From positions 13,257,979 to 13,321,978 of the forward strand of contig NC_057753.1 in assembly GCF_004010195.1 (NCBI RefSeq): a stretch of DNA of 64,000 nt, given 5' to 3'. This DNA is from Chiloscyllium plagiosum. Lineage: Eukaryota. Shown piece by piece: positions 12,264-25,600 of this stretch; within the stretch, counting starts at the first letter, position 1, and each line of letters begins with the position of its first letter. The translations under genes and the position numbers were made by a program. The notes below the pieces were generated by a model. That model worked only from the letters and a program-made list of their open reading frames with translations, was not told the origin of the DNA and made no database searches.

Positions 12264-13109
12264 CAGTAGTCCCCCGATACCTGCAGGGAATATGTTCCAG
12301 GACCTACAGCAGAACCCCGAAACATCAGATCGGAGCGAACCCATTCATTTGAATGGGAAATGTACCTTCCTGGCAGCCTCTTGGTCCCTGGTTCCCTACA
12401 TAGGGGGACCTTGCTTATCTGAAAGAGATGGGCGATTTCGTTCAGATAATTGATTATTCGGATAATCAATTTGACCTTAAACAAGGCAAGCCATACTGAT
12501 CTAATGCTGTGCTCTACCGGAGAGTTTGTTTAGATCTATAATTTTGCTATTTAAACAAACTAATCTTTGCATTATTCAAATTGCAGGTTAAACAGAGGAC
12601 TAAACCCTTACCATCACATAAATATATGAAATCTCAGCATTAAGCAAGGTCCCAAACAGCTTCTACAATCACAAGAGCATTTGTCAGTTTCTGGGAACTC
12701 AGTGTCACGATAGAAATACAAAAGCACCGCCTTGCACGTGCATTTACTTTACTGGCCATTTTCTACATGATTGGCCCAGTAAAGTGATGGGAATAAAGCA
12801 CTTATCTTTGCAAAGGGCTGTGTAACTTATCCATATGTTTTTTTAAAAAATCCAGTCGCTGATACTTAAGGTGCCGGTGTTTCTTTGCTTTTGCCAGCAT
12901 TTTCACATGTTCTTCAGTACAGGTAATCCAAATTCACTTACCTCTTTTATGTAACGTTTTTGCAGGACCTTGAGATTTTCTTTGGATAATCCAAAAATCG
13001 AATAATTGATATTTGGATAAGAGGTTCCTCTGTAATATGTTCAGACTACAGTAATCCGCGGGTAACTGAAATCGCGGAAAACAATTCCATGGATATGGGG
13101 GTGAACCTG
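12264..13109. mobile_element. Tc1/mariner Tigger-like non-autonomous DNA transposon
   Basis: TA|CAGTAGTCCCCCGATACC … GGATATGGGGGTGAACCTG|TA: imperfect terminal inverted repeats with a TA TSD. Confidence 0.6.
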
Positions 13110-13139
13110 TAATTAAATTTCTTTCCACAGTCACTGATA

Positions 13140-13385
13140 CATGTGTGTGTACATCTCAATACTTTTGCAGTCACAATTTGTCCACAGTATGAGCACCTTT
13201 CCTTTCACTTTCAAAAGCTGATGATGTTCGGATCAAGAAACTCTCAGATCTCAATCCATTCCATCAGTACCCTACAACAGACTAAACAAAAGTCAACACT
13301 GTCAGTACAGAATGGAAATTCACAACAGTCAGTATTAACTGGAACATTTTTTTCCTCTCTTGTTCACCCAAAGCTGTAAATCCCA
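13140..13385 (-). pseudogene. Orphan remnant of the 5' part of a ZNF gene (acceptor and 5' UTR region, no fingers)
   Basis: Similar by eye to 25420-25680 and 49630-49900, which precede minus-strand finger arrays. Confidence 0.4.
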
Positions 13386-14204
13386 GTCACACACACACAC
13401 ACACACACTCTTCCCTGAGCTGAAATCCAATCCCGTCTCCTCCCTTCTCTCCTGCATTTCCAGTGAGCTCTCTCCCTCCATCTCCTCCTCTGGATCCAGG
13501 TCCCTAGCTCCTGTCTGCACCAAGAATCAAATCAATGAGTCAGATTCAGAGTTTGGGGTCCCCCGTGGGAGTTGGTGAAGTCTCCCCATACACCTCCCAA
13601 GTTTTCCTTCCTGATCAGTGCCTTATTGATTTTTCGCCCAAACTGGAACACCTTATGTTCTTTTCCCACCCCTATCCTCTGATGCGAGCCATGCTTCAGT
13701 CGCTGCCCCAGGATGAGGTCCATTCCTCTGGGTCCTGTTCCCAGAGCGAGGGAGCTACCAATGACAGATGCTGTGGGTGCGTTGAATGAATTTTCTCTCT
13801 CCCAACTTGTGTGGCACTTACCCCGACTGCAACAACTGGTTAGCATTGCGGGACCCACTCATACAACACATGATCCAGATCACAAAGGCTTCCAGGTGAT
13901 TGACAGCAGCAGCTGACCAATAGAAAGGAGGGAGCAGAGCTGAAGGTGTAGGACAATGTCATTATAAACAACAAATGAATGTGGGAACACTGGGGGGGGG
14001 GGGGGGGGGATGAGCAGTTTATTGAGGATAGGGTCAATGGAGCAGCAGGAGGGTCTCTCGGACAAACCTAGCAATGCGAGAGTCTGGCAGGTGAGAAACA
14101 AGAGGAAGATTCCATTTCAAGACTCGATCAGGGGCAATTGTAAGACATTCTGGCCTGGTGTTCTGTGAATATTTTCTATACAGACTGCTCAGAGATATTA
14201 ATTA

Positions 14205-14275
14205 CCTATCTCCGAAAGTGTGACTTGAACCCAGGTCTCCTGATTGAGAGGTAAACAAATGACCACTGTGCCATT
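14205..14275 (-). mobile_element. tRNA-derived SINE head
   Basis: Reverse complement tggcacagtggt…ggttcaagtc gives A and B boxes; no full cloverleaf. Confidence 0.5.
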
Positions 14276-14539
14276 AAAAACCCCTCCCTGGTGGGGTCAC
14301 GAAAGGGAGGGAAGATTTTCTCAATCTCACTGACAAAGACGCTCCATGAACTCCTTGCACGTGCTGTCAGAGGTGACAATGGAGGACACAAGGGACCAGC
14401 CTTTCAAAGGAACTCACTTGTAAAGGTCTCAACAAGACAACACACTGGTCATCGGCACAAAGATGGTCTATTTGAATTCCATCCAGAGGATTAACACCTA
14501 TAACTGGGCCAACGTTAAATCAACATCAGTAATCACAAA

Positions 14540-14720
14540 CCCCCATGAGCAAAGTGAAGTCCTAGACACTTGTAAGAGCAAATTTCCACCCACTGCAGTT
14601 GCTGGTGAACTCTCTGGTGTCTCAGCAGGTGAGATGACTGACTGAATCTCTTCCCACACAAGGAGTAGGTGAATGGTCTCTCCCCAGTGAGAGTGTTCAG
14701 GTATCTAAGAAGGTGATATT
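14540..14720 (-). pseudogene. C2H2 ZNF remnant (last finger and tail)
   Basis: [32 protein letters not shown]. Confidence 0.8.
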
Positions 14721-15118
14721 CAACCATTTCAAACTTTCCTGTACCTCAACTGGTCTGTAATGTCGATGTCTTGTTGATCCTTCTTACTCTTTTGGAAATT
14801 CTCTCTGGATCCCATCCCCTTACCAAGTAAAAGTTGCATGTGCCCCAACAGCACTGGTAACTACATTTCCAGTATTCCAACCTATATCTCACTCTGGATT
14901 TGTCTTTTCCCAGCTGCTCATGTGAAGGGTACTGACTGAAGCATTCAGAATGCCTCAGAAATAAGATAAAGACTTGATGCAAATTAGTTGTAACAAAAAG
15001 CTGATTGGCCTTATTTTTATCCCAAATGGATAACTGAACCTGTGAGGTTTACAAATATCATAAGAAACAGGTCCAGAAAACATTTTGGATTTGAATAATA
15101 ACAGCATCATAATCCAAT

Positions 15119-15777
15119 TGTCATGGACCAGACCATCTCAAAACATTACAAGAACGTAGCGTAAACCCTAACTTTGCTGGTTTTTTTAAGCAGGTGGAAC
15201 ACAGATATTCCAAGAGAGATGAAGTTGGTTAAACTACTTAGTTTTAAACAAAACAGAATTTATTTACAAGATTACCGAGTGAAACACAAACAAAAAAAAA
15301 AGAGAACAGAATACCGAATAATTTAACCTATCCAAAAACCCAACAGACTACACCAACTTAATGATGCTGTTCCCTATACTTGCAACAATCTCCATAAACA
15401 TCCCTGGGCACAAAAGGTAATCTCAAACACAGGGTCTTACAGGAGAGATGTCAGAGGGAGACTACCAGCATGGACCTGACTCTTTGGATCCAGCAGCTTC
15501 AAAAACTGCCTGACTGTCTTCACTGAATAGCCAGACTGCTAAAACAAAAATCAAACCAGAGAAAAGCAGAGCTGAGAGAACTACTCACTCCATTTTCATT
15601 GTACAAGTGGTTTCTTTTAAAAGAAAAAAATTAAAGCCTTTTGCCTGAGGCAATAGCTGTTAGCTTTAATCTAACATAAACCCTTCAAAGTTAGACTTTC
15701 CAGTCTTTTACAGTCTCTCTGGGGGAAAGAAAAAGCCAAGGACACCATAACCATGTTGAAGGAGCCGCATCGTCCCA
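15119..15777. mobile_element. Solo-LTR-like insertion
   Basis: TG…CA ends. The flanks rejoin to match the uninterrupted paralogous 3' flank at about 8555-8600, so it is an insertion. Confidence 0.55.
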
Positions 15778-16375
15778 CCAGCACCGAGGGAACTCACTGT
15801 TGTTTAACCAGTCATGATGAACCAGAAACTCACTTTACAAACATTATGCAGGTGGACAGTCTTCACCCAGTGTAACTGTCATGTATACAACATTGTTAAC
15901 ATTTTCAAAACCTATCCTACAGATACACAATGGTATCAGCATTTTATATACCATATCAGCACCTTTAACAAACAGCCCAAGGAATAAGGTTCATTCTGTG
16001 GTGTGAGTAATAGCAAAGTCCTTCACCTGTGGTTTCTTTGTGAATTTTCTGATGTGTTAGCAAATAGCAAGCCCTTTCACATGGGGGAAAGAGAGTATTC
16101 AGCTGCTCCATGTGAATCCCTTTCCACATATAGAGCAAGTGAATGGTCTCTCTCCAGTGTGAACTGGTTGGTCTGTCTGCAGACTGGATAACAGAGTGAA
16201 TTCCATCCCACAAGTGAATCCTTTTACACAGACAGAGCAAGTGAATGGGATCCACCCACTGCCAATTCACTGGTGTATTAACAGTATTGGATAACAGAGT
16301 GAATCCCTTTCTGCCTGCAAAATAAATGAACTCGTCTCTCTGTGGAGCAAACAGGCTGGTGTATCAGCAGGTGAA

Positions 16376-17602
16376 TTATCTGAGTGACTGTTTCTCCCCA
16401 GTGTGAACTTGCTCATGTCTCCGCAGGTTGGATGATTTGGTAAATCCCTTTCCACAATTGGAACAGATGAATGGCTTCTCTCCAGTATGAACTCGCTGGT
16501 GTTCCAGTAGTTCCGATGAACAAATGAATCCTTTTCCACATTCAGAACAGATGAATGGTCTCTTCCCAGTGTGAACCCGCTGGTGTTTCAGCAGGTTGGA
16601 GGACTGAGTAAATCGTTTCCCACACAGGGAGCAGGTAAATGGTCTCTCCCCAGTATGAACTCGCTGGTGTATCTGCAAGGTGGATGACTGAGTGAATCGC
16701 TTCCCACACCAGGAGCAGTTGAACGGTTTCTCTTCAGTGTGAACTCGCTGGTGTACCAGCAGGTGGGATGACTGAGTAAATCCTTTCCCACACACTGAGC
16801 AGCTGAATGCTCTCTCCCCCGTGTGAACCTGCTGATGTCTCAGCACGTGGGATGACCGAGTGAATCCCTTTCCACACACAGAGCAAATGAATGGTCTCTC
16901 TCCAGTGTGAACGAGCTGATGTATCTGCGGACTGGATGATGGAGCAAATTCCATCCCACAAGTGGAGCAGGTGAATAGTTTCTCTCTAGTATAAACTGTG
17001 TGGTTCTCTGGTAGATTAGATGAATGAGTGAATCCATTCCCACATTCAGAGCAGGTGAATAGTCTCTCTCTACTGTGAGCTCGTTGGTGTATCAGCAGTT
17101 TGGACGACTGAGCGAATGCTTTCCCACAATCTGAGCAAGCAAATGGTCTCTCTACAGAGTGAACATGTTGATGTTCTAGCAATATAGACGAGCGAGTGAA
17201 TGCTTTCCCACATTCAGAACAGGTGAATGGTCTCTCTCCAGTGCAAACGCGTTGGTGTTTCCGCAGGCTGGACGATGAAGCAAATCCCTTTCCACAATTG
17301 GAACAAGTGAACGGTTTCTCCCCAGTGTGACTGCGTTGGTGTATCCGCAGGCTGGATGACTGACTGAAACCCATCCCACAGTGGGAGCAAGTGAATGGTC
17401 TCTCCCCAGTGTGAACTCGCTGGTGGATCCGCAGGCTGGATGACTGACTGAATCCCATCCCACAATCAGAGCAGGTGAATGGCTTCTCCCCAGTGTGACT
17501 GCGTTGGTGCATTTCCAGCTGGGATGGGTAAAGAAATCCCTTCCCACAATCCCCACATTTCCACAGTCTCTCCCCAGTGTGACTGCGCTGGCGTTTGGAC
17601 AT
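16376..17602 (-). CDS. C2H2 zinc-finger protein, 14 finger units (unit 4 ends in Cys, unit 7 degenerate)
   Basis: First ATG at 17602 ([16 protein letters not shown], nearly identical to the start of the 6820 gene); decayed extra fingers continue at about 16040-16375. Confidence 0.9.
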   Translation of the reverse strand: MSKRQRSHTGERLWKCGDCGKGFLYPSQLEMHQRSHTGEKPFTCSDCGMGFSQSSSLRIHQRVHTGERPFTCSHCGMGFSQSSSLRIHQRSHTGEKPFTCSNCGKGFASSSSLRKHQRVCTGERPFTCSECGKAFTRSSILLEHQHVHSVERPFACSDCGKAFAQSSKLLIHQRAHSRERLFTCSECGNGFTHSSNLPENHTVYTREKLFTCSTCGMEFAPSSSPQIHQLVHTGERPFICSVCGKGFTRSSHVLRHQQVHTGERAFSCSVCGKGFTQSSHLLVHQRVHTEEKPFNCSWCGKRFTQSSTLQIHQRVHTGERPFTCSLCGKRFTQSSNLLKHQRVHTGKRPFICSECGKGFICSSELLEHQRVHTGEKPFICSNCGKGFTKSSNLRRHEQVHTGEKQSLR

Positions 17603-18069
17603 TTCCGACGAACCTTCATTCACTCCTCCGCACACGGACAATGCGTGTTTCTCCTCGATGTGAATGGTAGTTTTTCTTTCACTGTTCAAAATCCTGAAAT
17701 AATTAGATTATGACAAACAGGGTGACTGTCAGATCTGGATGTGATTTCAGTTGAAATCTCTAATTGCAAATCAAAGTTTCAAACACAAAACAATTGCATT
17801 GGGAGAAATCAGAAAAACACACAGGCTGTGACACTGGGAGCAATTAATCTGGTCTGTTCTGGAGATGACACTGAGGGAAACTGTTGGATTATCATTATAA
17901 CCAAACTAGCTGATAACTCTCTTTCAGGGAAGGGAGCCAGCCAGTGTTTGCACAAAACTACACAAAGAGATAGAGGTGGGAGAGACAGGCATGAAACAGA
18001 GGCATTATAACAATCTACAACTGAATCCTGTTTTCTTTGCATACCTTTCAATTCCTCTGAAGGTCTAAG

Positions 18070-19160
18070 AACAAGTCCATTGTACCGAGACAGGAGTGCT
18101 GAAGAAGGCATTTGGCATGCTTGCCTATATTGGTCAGTGCATTAAATGCAGGGGTTGGGAGGTTATGTTGCAGCTGTGTAGATTATTGGTTATACCAGTT
18201 TTGGCAATCGTGGTCTCCCTGCTATAGGAAAGAAGTTGTTAAACTTGAAAGGGTTCAGGGGAAAAAAGGTCACATGGGTTGTTGATGTCATTGGAGAGTT
18301 TGAACTATCAGGAGAGACTGAACAGGCTAGGGCAACAAAAACAGAAGTTGCTGGAGCAGCTCAGCCAGCACCTGTGAAGAGAAATCAGGGTTAACATTTC
18401 AGGGCCGCTGACCCTTCCTCAGAACTAAATAGGTTGGGGCTTTGTTTCCTGGAGCATCAGAAGCTGAGGAATGACCTTATAGAAGATTATAAAATCATGA
18501 AGGACATGGCCAGGGTGAATAGCTTTTTCCCCGTGGGAGGGGGAGAAGAATCTAGAGCACGTGGGTTCAAGGTGAGAGGGGAAAGATTTAAACAAAAGGA
18601 CCTCAGAGCAAACCCTTTCACACAGAAGGTGGTGTGTGTATGAAAGAGGCTGTCAGAGGAGGTGGTGCAGACAGACACAATTACACACAAAAGGCATCTG
18701 GATGGGTACATGAACAGTAAGCTTTTATAGAGAAATGGGGCAAGTGGGACAAGATGGGCGGCACAGTGGCACAGTAGTTAGCACTGTTGCCTCACAGCGC
18801 CAGAGATCCGGGTTCAATTCCCGCCTCAGGCGACTGACTGTGTGGAGTTTGCACGTTTGCGTGGGTTTCCTCCGGGTGCTCCGGTTTCCTCCCACAGTCC
18901 AAAGATGTGCAGGGTCAGGTGAATTGGCCATACTAAATTGCCCGTAGTGTTAGGTAAGGGGTAAATGTAGGGGTATGGGTGGGTTCGCTTCGGCGGGTCG
19001 GTGTGGACTTGTTGGGCCGAACAGCCTGTTTCCACACTGTAATGTAATCTGTAAATCTGTAAAACTGTAATCTGTAAATCAGTTTGAGATATCTGGTTGG
19101 CATGGATGAGTTGGACCAAAATGTCCATTCCCATGCTGTACAGCTCTACGACTCTCTATT
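18070..19160 (+). mobile_element. CR1 3' portion with nested PLE mini-element (about 18334-18426) and HE1 SINE
   Basis: VVKLERVQ…LRNDLIEDYKIMK…SRARGFKVRGERFK; tail ccatgctgtacagctctacgactctatt. Confidence 0.8.
18755..19080 (+). mobile_element. HE1-like SINE
   Basis: tRNA head with A/B boxes, core, CR1-like tail and (gtaatct)n end. Confidence 0.9.
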
Positions 19161-19449
19161 ACGTTTGACCCCAATTTGCTCAGTGTTTCTCAGTGACTCT
19201 CTCCTTTAGTAAACATGTAGGAGTGGCAGGCAGTAAAAATGCAAATAATACAGTGGCTTTCATAATGCTCGAGTAGAAGAGCAGGAATATGTTTCTGTAA
19301 GGGCTTTGGTGAGACCACACCAGGGTCTCGCATACACCTTTCTTCCCCTTTCCCAAGGAAGGATGCCCTGGCTATTGAGAGAGTACAAAGGAGGTTCACC
19401 AGACTGATTCCTGGGATGTCAGGATTGATGTATGCAGAGATACTGATAC

Positions 19450-20330
19450 TTTTCAAAGCCTCCTTTCTTTTGTCTGAGCCGCTGACTGCATCACTGATAT
19501 TCTACCTCCCAATCCCTGATCTGAATCGGACCCATTTGAGCCTGCACGTTGGTTCCCATTCCCCAGCCACACTAGTTTAAAACCCCACCAAAAGAACCTA
19601 ATTCCTTCTCTGGTATACCATTTCTCCAGCCACACATTTATCTGATCTATCCTCTTATTCCTGCTCCCGTCAGCACGCGGCACTGGGAATAAGTCTGATA
19701 TCATTACATTTTGAAGTCCTGAATTATTATGTATCTCCTATCTTCCTATATTCAGCTTTGAGGCCCTCATCCCTTTGTTCACCTACATCGTTGCTTCCAT
19801 GACCACTGGCTGTTCAACCTCCAGCTCCAGAATGTCCTGGAGCTGCTCCACATCCCTGATTTTGGAAGCAGGGAGGCAAAGTACCATCCTGGATTTATGT
19901 CTGAGGCATCAGAATGGCCTGCCTGTATCACTTACTATTGAAGCCCCTGTCATTATAGCCCTGACATTATCGCCCTGAGGCCACGCCCGACCAGCCCCTT
20001 CTGTATGTAAGGTCGTATATCTGTTTGAGAGGGCGATGAGTAATGGGGACTCCTGCACTTTCTTCCTGAGTTGTTGCTTTGTCTAATGATCACCCATTCG
20101 CTTTCTGCCTGTATAATCTGCCTGCAATTTGATCGACTCATTAAAGGTATGCTGTCCATGAGATTCTCAGTATCGCGAATGCTCCATAGTAAGCCCACCC
20201 ACAGATCCAGCTCTGAAAAGTGGTTGGCCAGTAGCTGCAGATGGACCCACTTACTGCATACGTAGCCATCAGGAATACTGGAAGTGACCCTCACTTCCCA
20301 CATTGTGCAAGAGGAGCACAGCAGGGCTCT
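19450..20330 (-). mobile_element. CR1 ORF1 fragment
   Basis: CSSCTMWEVR…YVCSKWVHLQLL (N-terminal zinc-knuckle-like) and FPVPRADGSRNKRIDQINVWL (esterase). Confidence 0.7.
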
Positions 20331-20652
20331 GAGGTCTCTTCTCTGACTTTTCTGTAATTTACGCCAGTTCCTCCCTTTGAGAGAATTTAATTGAGCGAAG
20401 GATCTTCCCCTTGTTTCAAACACTTCTATTATAATTGAAAGTCTCTACCTTTTCAAAAGCTGATATATTATGCTTCAAATCAGTAAGAAAATACTCTGCA
20501 GGTATCACTCACCAATCACTCGTTTCCATTAAGAACTTCTGAACTCCCCAAACTGAAACTTCACCCTCTCCCTGTCTCATCTCATTCTGTTTCCACCCAA
20601 CTCCAAAGCACCACTTTTAGGATCAACAGAGTTGTCAAGTTCTGGAACGTTC

Positions 20653-20787
20653 TGATTCCTGATGAAGGGCTCCTGCCTGAAACATTGATTTTCCTGCTCC
20701 TCAGATGCTGCCCGACCTGCTGTGCTTTTCCAGCACCACTCTAATCTTGACTCTGATCTCCAGCATCCGCAGTCCTCACTTTTGCCT
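20653..20787 (+). mobile_element. 135-bp PLE-derived mini-element with a hammerhead motif and 16-bp TSD
   Basis: Direct repeat aagttctggaacgttc at 20637-20652 and 20788-20803; CTGATGA at 20659-20665 and GAAA at 20679-20682. Confidence 0.85.
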
Positions 20788-21289
20788 AAGTTCTGGAACG
20801 TTCCAGCCGAAAAGATGCTGGAATTTGAGTCCATGAGGAATTTTAAAAAGGTATTTGAGAATGAGGAATTGTGGGTTAAAATCCTGAAACAGGTGATTCG
20901 GATGAAATATGACAGTTCTTTCAAAGAGATGGGGAGTTATTTGGATAAATCTCAGGGCAATATCTCCTTCCCCGCCTACAGCGCCCAGACTTGAGCTTAT
21001 GCTCCAAGGGTGATCTGACAACCAATTTGAACACCTTGCTGGTTTTGAACTGCAAACGTGAAGGATAATTTTTTTTTCCCCCACAGACAAAACACTACAT
21101 ATAACTTTTTCCTTTCACAGTTAAATGACAATGATATTCACATCCTGGTCAGAACTTGTTTGAAGATCCCGCTCTGCAAATTAATATCCTGCAAAATGAG
21201 TTCACAAAAGAAAAGCCCAGCAAAGAGATCTCGAAAAATCATACATTTAGCTGGGTTCTCCCAGTTTGCAGTGTAAATGCTCCTGTTCA

Positions 21290-21740
21290 AATCGCCCGCC
21301 CCCCACCCCAAGGGAGAGGCAGGCGCATGCGCGCTGTGGCACCTTACCCCCAGTAAAGATGGCGGCGGCTAAGGCGGGCTCTGTTACCGTCAGGGGCCCG
21401 CAGCTGTTTCTTCCGTCTGCCGCAAACGCTCGTCCAGGAGCTTCTAAACCGGATCTAGAGGCTCACGCCATCCCAATCCAGAACTCACTCCACTTCCTCG
21501 CCCGGTCTCCGCAGTATCTCATTGGCGAACTCTACCGGTCCACACACACACACACAATAAAAACGCCAGGCGCGCCCGTTGGTCACGGGCCGTACCGCTT
21601 TCCCGCCCCTCGCTCACACTGATTGGTTGGAGGACTAGATGCGAACGGCTTGGTCCTCCAAACCGCCCCCTTTCTTCCATTGGCCAGAAACCACCCGTCA
21701 GTCAGCCGGGCCCCGTTGTGACGTTGGAATGTCGCGTTCC
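21290..21740 (-). promoter_or_regulatory. CpG-island promoter and exon 1, probably of the 16376-17602 ZNF gene
   Basis: CpG-rich; NRF1 GCGCATGCGC at 21323-21332; YY1 AAGATGGCGGC at 21356-21366; minus-strand CCAAT boxes near 21521, 21622 and 21680; minus-strand donor G|GTAAGG at 21348/21347. Confidence 0.75.
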
Positions 21741-22349
21741 TCACTGCTGGCCCTGGTCTGAGTATTCACCGTCCATTGTGAATGGCGAGGTATCTCAGAG
21801 CCACGGGGAGAAGGGGAGTGGCCATTCAGCCCATTAGAGCTGTACTGTCTCATTCGAAAGTCGTCGAAAATCTATCCCAACTCCCTTACTCTTTGCCGTA
21901 AGCCTGCAAAATCTTTCCTTAGAAAGTGAAATTACAAATCTCTTTTGCGTGTAACTGCCAAATCTGCGTCCAGCTGACGTTCAGATTCCCAGAATCCTCT
22001 CATTTTCACCCTGAATTATTTGCCAATTATTTGAAAGCAGTGGTCTGTGGTTACCAAACATGGTGACAATATTGATAATTTCTCTTTGCAAATGAAATAT
22101 GCTCTCAACAAATCTACACCTTTTCTAATTCACTGCTTAACCATCTCGGTTCCAAAGAGAATTATCTGAGTTTCTGCTACCTCTCCACAAAACAGAAACC
22201 CATCTTAATTTTAATTAAAACATGGCATAGCTTTTTGCTGTCCAGCCCAGTATTTATTGTCCATCTTTATTTGACTTGGACAAAGAGGTGGTAAACTGCC
22301 TTCATGAATAGTACCATGCATGTGCTGTAAAAACACCATTGTGCTGTTT

Positions 22350-22472
22350 GAATGATAATCTCCTGGAGTCTCACAATGCTCCCTATCTCTATAATCTCCT
22401 CCAGCCTCACAGCCCTCCCTATCTCTGTCATCCTCTTCAGCCTCCCATCTTCCCTAAGTCAGTAATCACCTC
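22350..22472 (+). repeat. Degenerate ~34-bp minisatellite (ctccctatctctgtaatctcctccagcc…), continuing at 23730-23985
   Basis: The repeated unit is visible in both blocks, which are separated by PLE and CR1 insertions. Confidence 0.6.
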
Positions 22473-22474
22473 TA

Positions 22475-22679
22475 GTGTGGAGTGTGGTGCTAGAAAAGCA
22501 CAACAGGTCATGCAGCATCTGTGGAGCGGGAGAATCAACGTTTTCAGTGTAAGCCCTTAATCAGGAAGGGCTTATGCCTGAAATGTCGATTCTCCTGCTC
22601 CTCAGATGCTGCCTGAGCTGCTGTGCTTTTCCAGCACCACACTCTCGACTCAGATCTCCAGCAGTCCTTACTTTTTCCT
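22475..22679. mobile_element. Inverted (fold-back) pair of PLE terminal sequences with degenerate hammerhead motifs
   Basis: About 22478-22560 is the reverse complement of about 22565-22645. Confidence 0.8.
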
Positions 22680-22704
22680 AGTAATCTCCTCAAGCCTCAG
22701 AACT

Positions 22705-23570
22705 AGACATGGACAGTAAGTTTGTAAATGACACCAATATTGATGGTTTAGTGCACAGTGATGACATTTATCTCAGAGTACAACAGGACCTTAATCCTAT
22801 AGGCAAATGGGCTGAGGAATGGCAAGTAGAACTGAACTTAGATAAATGTGAGATGTTGCACTTTGTTGAGGCAATCAAGGGCATGACTTATATACTGAAA
22901 GGTAAAGCCTGAGGGAGTGTTTTTGAACAAAGGGACCTGGTGTGCAGGTGCATAGTTCATTGAAAGTGGAGTCACAGATAGGATGGTGAAGAAGGGGTTT
23001 GGCACGATGCCCCGATTGGCCAGTGCACTGAGTGTAGGAGCTTGGAGGTCATACTGTGGCGGCACATAACATTGGTTAGGCCGCTTTTAGAATACTGCAT
23101 TGAATTCTGGTCCCTGTTGTTGGAAAGATGTTGTTAAACTTGAAAGGTTTCATAAAAAATTTACAAGGATGTTGCCAGGATTGGAGTGTTAGAGCTCAAG
23201 GGAAACACTGAATAGGCTGGGGTTGTGTTCCCTGGAGCACTGGAGGTTGAAGGGTGACCTTTTCGAGGTTTATAAAATCATGAGGGACATGGATAGGTTG
23301 AATAGCTAAGGCCTTTTCCCTCCCAGGAAAACTTGACAGCGGAGGTGCAAGATGAGAGGGAAAGATTTAAAAGGGACTTCAGGGCAACTTTTCACAAAAG
23401 GTGAACAAGCTGACAGAGAACGTGGTGTAGGCTGGTGCAATTCAACATTTTAAAGGCTTATGAATGAGTCTCTGAACAGGAAAGGTTCAGAGAGATATGG
23501 GTCAAATGCTGGTAAATGGGATTAGGTCAAATTGGGACATGTGGTCAGTGCGGATGAATTGGACTGAAGC
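22705..23570 (+). mobile_element. CR1 RT and 3' end
   Basis: SKFVNDTNIDG…WAEEWQVELNLDKCEMLHF, running to the 3' UTR. Confidence 0.85.
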
Positions 23571-23668
23571 AAACACAGAAATTGCTGGAAAAGCTCAGCA
23601 GGTCTGGTATTATCTATGGAGAGAAATCAGAGTAAACATTTCAGGTTAAGTTACCCTTCTTCAGGACT
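23570..23668 (-). mobile_element. PLE terminal fragment with a decayed hammerhead motif
   Basis: Same family as 18334-18426 and 26370-26600. Confidence 0.65.
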
Positions 23669-24689
23669 TGGAATGAAAACTCTGTTTTGGTGTTGTATAA
23701 CTCTATGGCTCCGTGACTCTCACTATCACTATAAATTCCTTCAGCATCTACAGCCATCCTTACCTTTATAATCTCCTCCTTTTTAAAAAAACTCCTTATC
23801 TCTATAACCTCTTCCAACCCCAACAACACTCTCTTTCTCTCTAATGTAATCCAATGTCACAATCCTCCCTATCTCTGTAACTTCCGACAGCTCCTACAAC
23901 TCTCCCTATCAGTATAATCTCCTCTGGCCTCACCATCCTCCCTATCTCTGTAATCTCCTTCAGCCCCAGAGCCCTCACTATCTCTTATCCTGTTTAAGGC
24001 AGCCAACATTTCCTGCACAACCGTGGTCATGACCTGAATGGATTCATTTCAGAGTCATGCTTGAAGATCCATCGAGATACCTTCTGTCTCCATAGTTGTC
24101 AGCCTCTGGAATCTCCTCCATAATCCAAGTGCCCTGTGCTTCTTCATTTCTGACCCAGTTCCATATCCCTCACCTACATCATGCCACCATCGGGGCTGTG
24201 CTTTGAATTGCCAAGCCCCAAGTTGTCTCTCCTTCTTTAAAATACATAAAATCAACTTCTTTGATCAAGACTTTGGTCAACTATGAAAAATCTTGGGAGG
24301 TTTTACTGTTCTACAAAAAATGAATGTCATTGTTGTTACCTAATAATGGTCACTGCAGAAACATTTGAAATCCTTGCACCAAAATTATTAGTTATTTTCA
24401 GACTTGAAGGAATCAGTTAAGAGAAGGTTTTACCAAATGAAGGACAGGAATGGGATGGAAGTTTTACGAAAAGAGGGTGAACAGACTGGGCATGTGAACA
24501 CTGGTGTTTAGACGGGTCGAAGGTAATCTGACCGAGACAGAGGGGTGTTGGCAAAGCCCATGTAACAAGGATACATCCTTCTGAGGGACTCAGCACTATC
24601 ATAAAGAAGCCTTCTCTTCTGTATCTAGGACCTTGGAACCATGCAAGACAGAGTCTGGGACATATTTCTTACACTCCTTAGGATTAACT

Positions 24690-25600
24690 CACAAATTCAG
24701 TCCTGGATATGTGATCATGAGCAACAGTAGCACCAGAATCCATCCCCTGCAGTCAGTCATGATCTATCTGGTGTTTGAAAAGGTGAGATGACCGAGTTTC
24801 CCTCTTTCCACATGTGGACTGGTGAAAGTTCTCTCACCGGTGTATCTGCATGATGAATGCTTGAGTGAATCCCTTCCCATATGCCAGCGGCTTCTCTGCT
24901 ACATGAATTTGTTGGTGCAGCAGGAGGGTGAATGACACGATGAGTCCCTTCAAATGCACACAGCAGGGAAATGACCCCTCACCAGTGTGAATTCATTGGT
25001 GTTTCAGGAGATTAGATGAACTTCTTTCCACAAATCCAGCAGTTAAATTGTCTCTCTCCAGGCTGAATGTATTGGTATTTCTGCAAGTCATTGCTGTTTT
25101 AAGGGTCTTCTCACAGTCTGAACATTTAATCATTCACACTTCAGAGTGGACAAGCTGGTTTCTTGGCACATTGGATAAATGAAAAAAATCCAGCTCCATA
25201 CTCAGTACAGGTGAACGATCACTTCCAGTGTGAATGCCTTGATAAATTCCCAACACAGATGGATAATTGAATCCCTTCCTACAGAACATGTATTTTCCAG
25301 CATGCGAGTGTGCTCTGCCTCTTAGCTTAGTTGATCAGTTGTAGTTACATCCACAAAGTAATGTTTTTCAGGCTATATAATTGATTAAAGCTTCTTCCAC
25401 AGCCAAATCACGAAAACACTCATTTAGGTGTATGTCTGCGTCTTGGTGCCGTTCCCATGGCTGTTTTAAATCTTTTCCCAAACAGAACAAATTGTTTCTC
25501 TTTCTATATTGAAAGGATGATGATATTCAGCTCCAGATGAATTGAGTAAATCAGTCAGATCTTAATGTTTGATTTCAGAATCATTTGTAAAAGTGTTAGA
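24690..25600 (-). pseudogene. C2H2 ZNF pseudogene
   Basis: Decayed finger repeats (gtgaatcccttccc, ccagtgtgaa) with stops; 5' and 3' flanks resemble those of the 48358 gene. Confidence 0.8.

Noticed and set aside
13992-14009. Poly-G run and several (CA)n tracts
   Set aside because: Simple repeats with no supporting context; homopolymer length may be a sequencing error.
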